NCBI GenBank assembly: GCA_013239625.1
Contig: MU057073.1
Coordinates: 605,426 to 669,425 of the forward strand
Origin: Lama guanicoe
Taxonomy: Eukaryota
Reading direction: 5' to 3'
DNA length: 64,000 bases
Within the stretch, counting starts at the first letter, position 1. Each line of letters opens with the position of its first letter. Both the position numbers and the translations under genes were made by a program. Below are positions 47,170 through 64,000 of the stretch, one piece after another. The notes under the pieces were generated by a model, which saw only the letters and a program-made list of their open reading frames with translations, searched no databases and was not told the DNA's origin.

Positions 47170-49159
47170 GCTGGCTCGGCTCGTCCGCTGCGCTGGGCCG
47201 CCCGAGAGCCCGCCGCACCCGTGCGCCGCGCCATTAAAAGGAGCCGGTCCGGGGCGGGAGGCGGGGCTGGGGGCGGGCTCTGGGGCGCCGTGACGCGCCG
47301 CGGTGACCTCCGGGCCGCTGGGTCCCGCCTCCTGCCGCCACCCGGGGGCCGAGTTGGGCTGCGAGCCCTGCCGCGGGGCGCACGGGACGCCGGCGCGCTC
47401 CGGGGTCCCTCCGCGGGGCCAGACCCGGGGCGCTCGGGGAAGCCTCATGGGCGCTTCCGCGCTCGCCCTTCCCGAGGCGCGTCCTGGGCTCCGCGAACCC
47501 GCCCCGCCGGGCCCCGCCAGGCCCAGGACCTCGGGGTCCCAGAAGCTGAGGGGGTCTCCTCCTTGGCGGCAGTGCTGTTGGCCAAAGGGGAGCTGCGTCT
47601 GTGCGCCCAGCCGCGAGGGTCTGCACAGTGGCTCGGGGTGCGCACCTGCCCCACGCGGAACCCCGGGACTGGCGCACACGCCCTCTGGTGGCCGCAGAGA
47701 GGACAGCTCCCCACCTCGCACTGCCCCCTCCCCTCACCCACACACACGGGCAGTGTCTGGCACTGGGGCACGCTGGTTCCCAGCAGAAGGGCTCCATCCG
47801 GGTTCTCAGGGCTGAGTCCGGGGAGAAGGAACCAGTGCTGTCACCTGGCCGGGCAGGGGAGCAGCCAAGGATGCTCACCAGCCACAAAGGGCCGGGGTCT
47901 CCAAGAGGCCCCATACCAGACCTCTTTCCTGCCCCAGCCTGTGGAGGGACTGGGTGCCCAGAGAGGGGGTATCATGGTCTGCTGGACTCCGGAGTTCCCA
48001 GCTGAGTGCACTGCCTGGCCCACCCTGCCAGACACAACCTAAGTACACTTGGGTGTGGACTTGGCTAGCCCTACTGGTCGGAGAAGGGACCAGGGATGAG
48101 CCCTCCGGGTAGGCGTGCCCCATTAGGTCCCGCCCCAGGGCTGGGAGTCGGTGCCCCTCGTTCCCTCCCCAGGGGGTCTCTCAGCGCAGAGGGTCCCGGG
48201 GCCTGCCCGCTGACTTCCGCCCCAGGCTCAGAGAGCCGCTGAGCTCCTAGGGCTCCCAGGCCAGACACAGGGAGAGCAGACCCTCCCCAGGAGGGCGGGG
48301 GTGGACAGTGGGCTTGTCACGTACTCGTGTGTGCGACTGAATCAAGCCCCAGCACAGGAGTGCTCTGCGCAGCTGCCCTTCCTCCCACTCTCTTCTCCCT
48401 CCCCTGTCCTCCGTCCCCCTGGCCTCCTGGCGGGAGCCCCGACACCGACGCCGACCCTGGCTCCCGGTGGGTGGCTTGGCCCTTCTGTGCCCCACTGCCT
48501 CTTCTGTCACACGAGGACACCGTAGGTTACAAGCAGGGGGACCTTTCCTCAATGACGTGACGGACTCAGGGTACACTGGGCGGCGCCCCCGCACTTCCCA
48601 CTTCCCTGGCCGCCAGCCTGGAATCAGCCGCAGCGGGGGCAGGAGGGCTGGGTGTGAGGCTCTGAAGCTTCCAAAGGCTGAGGAGGCTGAGGACGGCGGG
48701 GGGAGGTGGGGAACGGGGCGATCCGTGGGCCTGCAACCAGGACGGTCTGTCAGACCGGAGGGTGGAGGGTTTCAGGGAGTGAGGGGGTGGGAGGGAATTT
48801 GGGGCACGGAGGCTGGCTGTGTAGACGAGGAAGAGGCGGGACTGCAGCAGGAGGGCCTGAGAGATAGGAGGTTTCTTGGTTTGCTTGTTTCCAGATGCAA
48901 GAGTCAAATCTCTGAATGTTATCAGGAGCCACAGAGAAAGATTTGCTGGCGTCACACACGATTGGGGGTGGGGTGCTTCCACCACTGGGCTGAAGTCCCC
49001 GGGTCGGGGCTGCCGGCTCTGAGCCCTTCCTGGGGGAGGCCCAGGGCTCTGGGCCAGCAGGTGTGAAGTGGAGGCTAAGGGGGGCCAGGGAGACACCACG
49101 GGGGTTCAGACAGTCTCCGCAGGGCCACATGCTGGCCGGGGCACCAGCTCCCCGAAGCC

Positions 49160-49240
49160 CGGGTCTATAAATAGCCAGCAGGCCTGGGGTGGGGTGGGGC
49201 TTTTCTATAAACAGCCCAGTGGCAGCCCAGCAGCTGGGGC
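49160..49240. promoter_or_regulatory. Candidate striated-muscle enhancer: MEF2 site CTATAAATAG (49165-49174), MEF2-like CTATAAACAG (49205-49214), E-box CAGCTG (49231-49236)
   Basis: Perfect YTA(A/T)4TAR match 2.0 kb upstream of a muscle-specific gene. Confidence 0.65.
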
Positions 49241-49509
49241 CCCTGCCGGTCACACGGCCCAGCCGGAATTAGCAACAGCCCCCTGCCTGGCCCTGTTCAC
49301 AGTGGGCCTGTCACCAAGGTGGGGGCAGTGTAAGTTTCGGGGGGCTCACTGTGTGACCTGGGGTGGCCCACAGAGAACACGCAGGCCTGGCCACCCGGGG
49401 TTCACCCTCTTTGTGGGCCACACCTCCCCACGGGGACCATGTCAGACATGGCGCCAGGACATGGCACTGCCGACGCTCGTGCCCTTGAAGCTGAAACAGT
49501 GCCCCGCAC

Positions 49510-49970
49510 GAATGAAAAGGGGTGCAGCTGCTTTGGAAAACAGTTGGGCAATTTCTTAAAAAGCTGAAAATAAACTCAGGACAGGCAACCGGATAAAGTG
49601 TGCTCTGTCCACAGAACGGCACATTACTCAGCAGTAACAGGAGTGGAGTCCTGCCACACACTACTGCAGGGGGGGGGGTTAACCTCGAAAACAGGCTAAA
49701 TGCAACAAGCCAGTCCCCAAAGGCCACGTGTTGTCTGACTCTGTTTATATGAAATGTCCACGAAAAGCAAGTCCGGGGACAGAAGGCAGGTAAGTGGCTG
49801 CCGGGGGTTGGGGGAGTGGCGGGGGGGCGACTGAGGGACTTCAGGGGAGGATGGAAACATCCTAACACTGGGTCACAATGACAAGCGCACAACCTCGTAA
49901 GTCTGCTGGAAGCGGTCGCTGGACTGTGCATACCCTTCCAGTGGGTTGGTTTTATGGGTGTGAATTGTGC
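49510..49970 (+). mobile_element. Old LINE-1 3' fragment
   Basis: gctgctttggaaaacagttgggcaatttcttaaaaagctgaaaata...ctgtttatatgaaatgtcca...ttttatgggtgtgaattgtgcccc; approximate limits. Confidence 0.7.
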
Positions 49971-50191
49971 CCCCAGAGAGCCATGCTGACCTCACCGCTG
50001 CTCCGGGGTCAGTCCATATTCCAGGTGTTCTGTGAGACCCCCCCCGCAGCAGCCTACCTGCTCCTGCAGCCATCCACCCATCCATCTGTCCATCAGTCCA
50101 CCCACCCACATCGTCACAGCTGTTGCATTCACACCACAGTCACCCACAGCTTCTGAACACAACGTGCTCACGTGCTGGGCCAGCTCTGCTC

Positions 50192-50197
50192 TTTATT
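50192..50197 (-). terminator. INF2: INF2 polyadenylation signal AATAAA
   Basis: First TTTATT seen beyond the final INF2 stop (~980 nt). Confidence 0.7.
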
Positions 50198-51174
50198 GGC
50201 TAGTCCCTCCAGCCTCCAGTCTCAGCAGCTCACACCTGGAGGGGTGTGTGTGCAGGGGGCACAGACAAGCTGCCCACAGGGTCATTGGGGAGAGGTGGCA
50301 GCCCCACTGGCTGGGTCCTTCCTGTCCCCTAGGCCTGGATCCTCGCCCCCCTCAGCCCAGCAGGGCCCCCTCTGGAGGCAGGAGGGGCAGCTGCTGTGCG
50401 GGCTGTGTTGTTGAAAGGTGGCCAGGTCCTGGCTGTGGCGGGGGCAGGCCTGGCTGTGGCCGCCAGGGCAGACACCTTCCCACCCTCAGGGCTTCCAGGG
50501 ACAGGTGTCAACTCTGTGGAGTCCCCTGCCCAGCTGAGTAGAGAGACCCTTGCCTTCCCATTCATGGCCAGACAGCCTGCCTCAATTCAGAGGCCCCGGG
50601 GTCCCCTCACCCACCTGTTTAACCCCAGCTTGGCCACCACAGAACAGTAGAAACACACAATCACATTTCGGTAAAAACGACTCTGCTGCAGCCCAGCTGA
50701 GTGGGTGGGCAGCAGAGCTGTGGAGCAAGGGCTCCCCGCCTGCCTGGCTCCCGGGGCTTCATGGGGAGAGGTCCACGAGGGCCTGCCCCCAGAAAAATCT
50801 GGGAACCAGGTCACTGGAGAGCGGGGTACAAGCTCAGGGCTGCCCAGGGACGCAGCCACCTGTCCCTGTTCCCCTGCAAGAGGGTGGGTGGGCACCATGG
50901 TGCATGCGGTGTGGGGTCGGGGTCTGACATCGGCGTTTGGAAAGCAGGCCTTGAGGGGCCAGGGGCGTGCAGGGAGTGTAGCAAGGCGCCGGGTGGATGA
51001 GGCCCCGGTGCCCGTGGGGGTCCCAGCCACAACACCTCAAAGGCCTCGGGAGGCGGTAGCACTGGCTGGGTAAGGCACAGAGTTTTTGGTTTCCCAGGGC
51101 CTGGTCCTAGCCTGGCCCTGGAGGGGCCTCGCTCAGCAGCAGCACGTCCAGTGGCCCCTGCTGTGTGGGTCCAC

Positions 51175-63602
<12,428 letters not shown>

Positions 63603-64000
63603 CTGCGAAGGAACAGGTGGCACTGGAGGGCCTGGGAGGCTGCCCGCCCCCCGGGGTCACTTGCCCCTTGCGATGCCTTTGCCTCCGCCCTTGCCCTGGG
63701 CTCACTCCCACCACCCAAAGCACCCAGCCTGTGAGGCGGGAGGGGAACCCATTCCCACAGGACGTGGGGGGGACACGAGGCTCTGGACGAAGACTGCACT
63801 GGATACACAGCTGTGTCCCTTCATTGGCCACTGCCACAACCAGCAGGGCTGGAACTGGGTATCAGACAGCCTGCCTCCCTCCACTGCTGGGCAGACTTGT
63901 ACCCAGAGCCCTCGAGGGCTGACGTCCAGGGGTCTCAAGGCCCTGGGTCCACTGAAGGGAGCCAGTGGGGGCAGGAGGCTTGCCAAGCCCAGGACAGAGC

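Overview
GC-rich mammalian genomic DNA, almost certainly camelid (it carries tRNA-derived SINEs of the camelid Vic-1 type). It is syntenic with human 14q32.33. Four spliced protein-coding genes were reconstructed exon by exon from splice sites and recalled orthologue protein sequences. AKT1 is on + with 12 coding exons (5126-13024); its first coding exon lies upstream of the window. SIVA1 is on - and complete (4 exons, 172 aa). ADSS1/ADSSL1 is on - and complete (13 exons, 457 aa). INF2 is on - from about exon 5 to the end, including both the CAAX and non-CAAX C-terminal exons. Nearly all long ORFs in the six-frame track are GC-content artefacts. No wholly new gene system is supportable. The points most worth checking are: an AKT1 P+1-loop change (GTPEY to GRPEY, T312R) that may be a base error; PH-domain changes N31S and I36T; an apparent A/T-to-G/C substitution bias in old L1 copies and in coding changes; a 27-nt in-frame deletion at the end of the INF2 FH2 domain; a GC-AG intron in INF2; a CAGCAGCAG triple acceptor in SIVA1; a MEF2/E-box cluster 2 kb upstream of ADSS1; and a nested transposon stack containing a solo LTR with intact-looking promoter elements. 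Three assembly gaps lie in the window, two of them inside coding exons.
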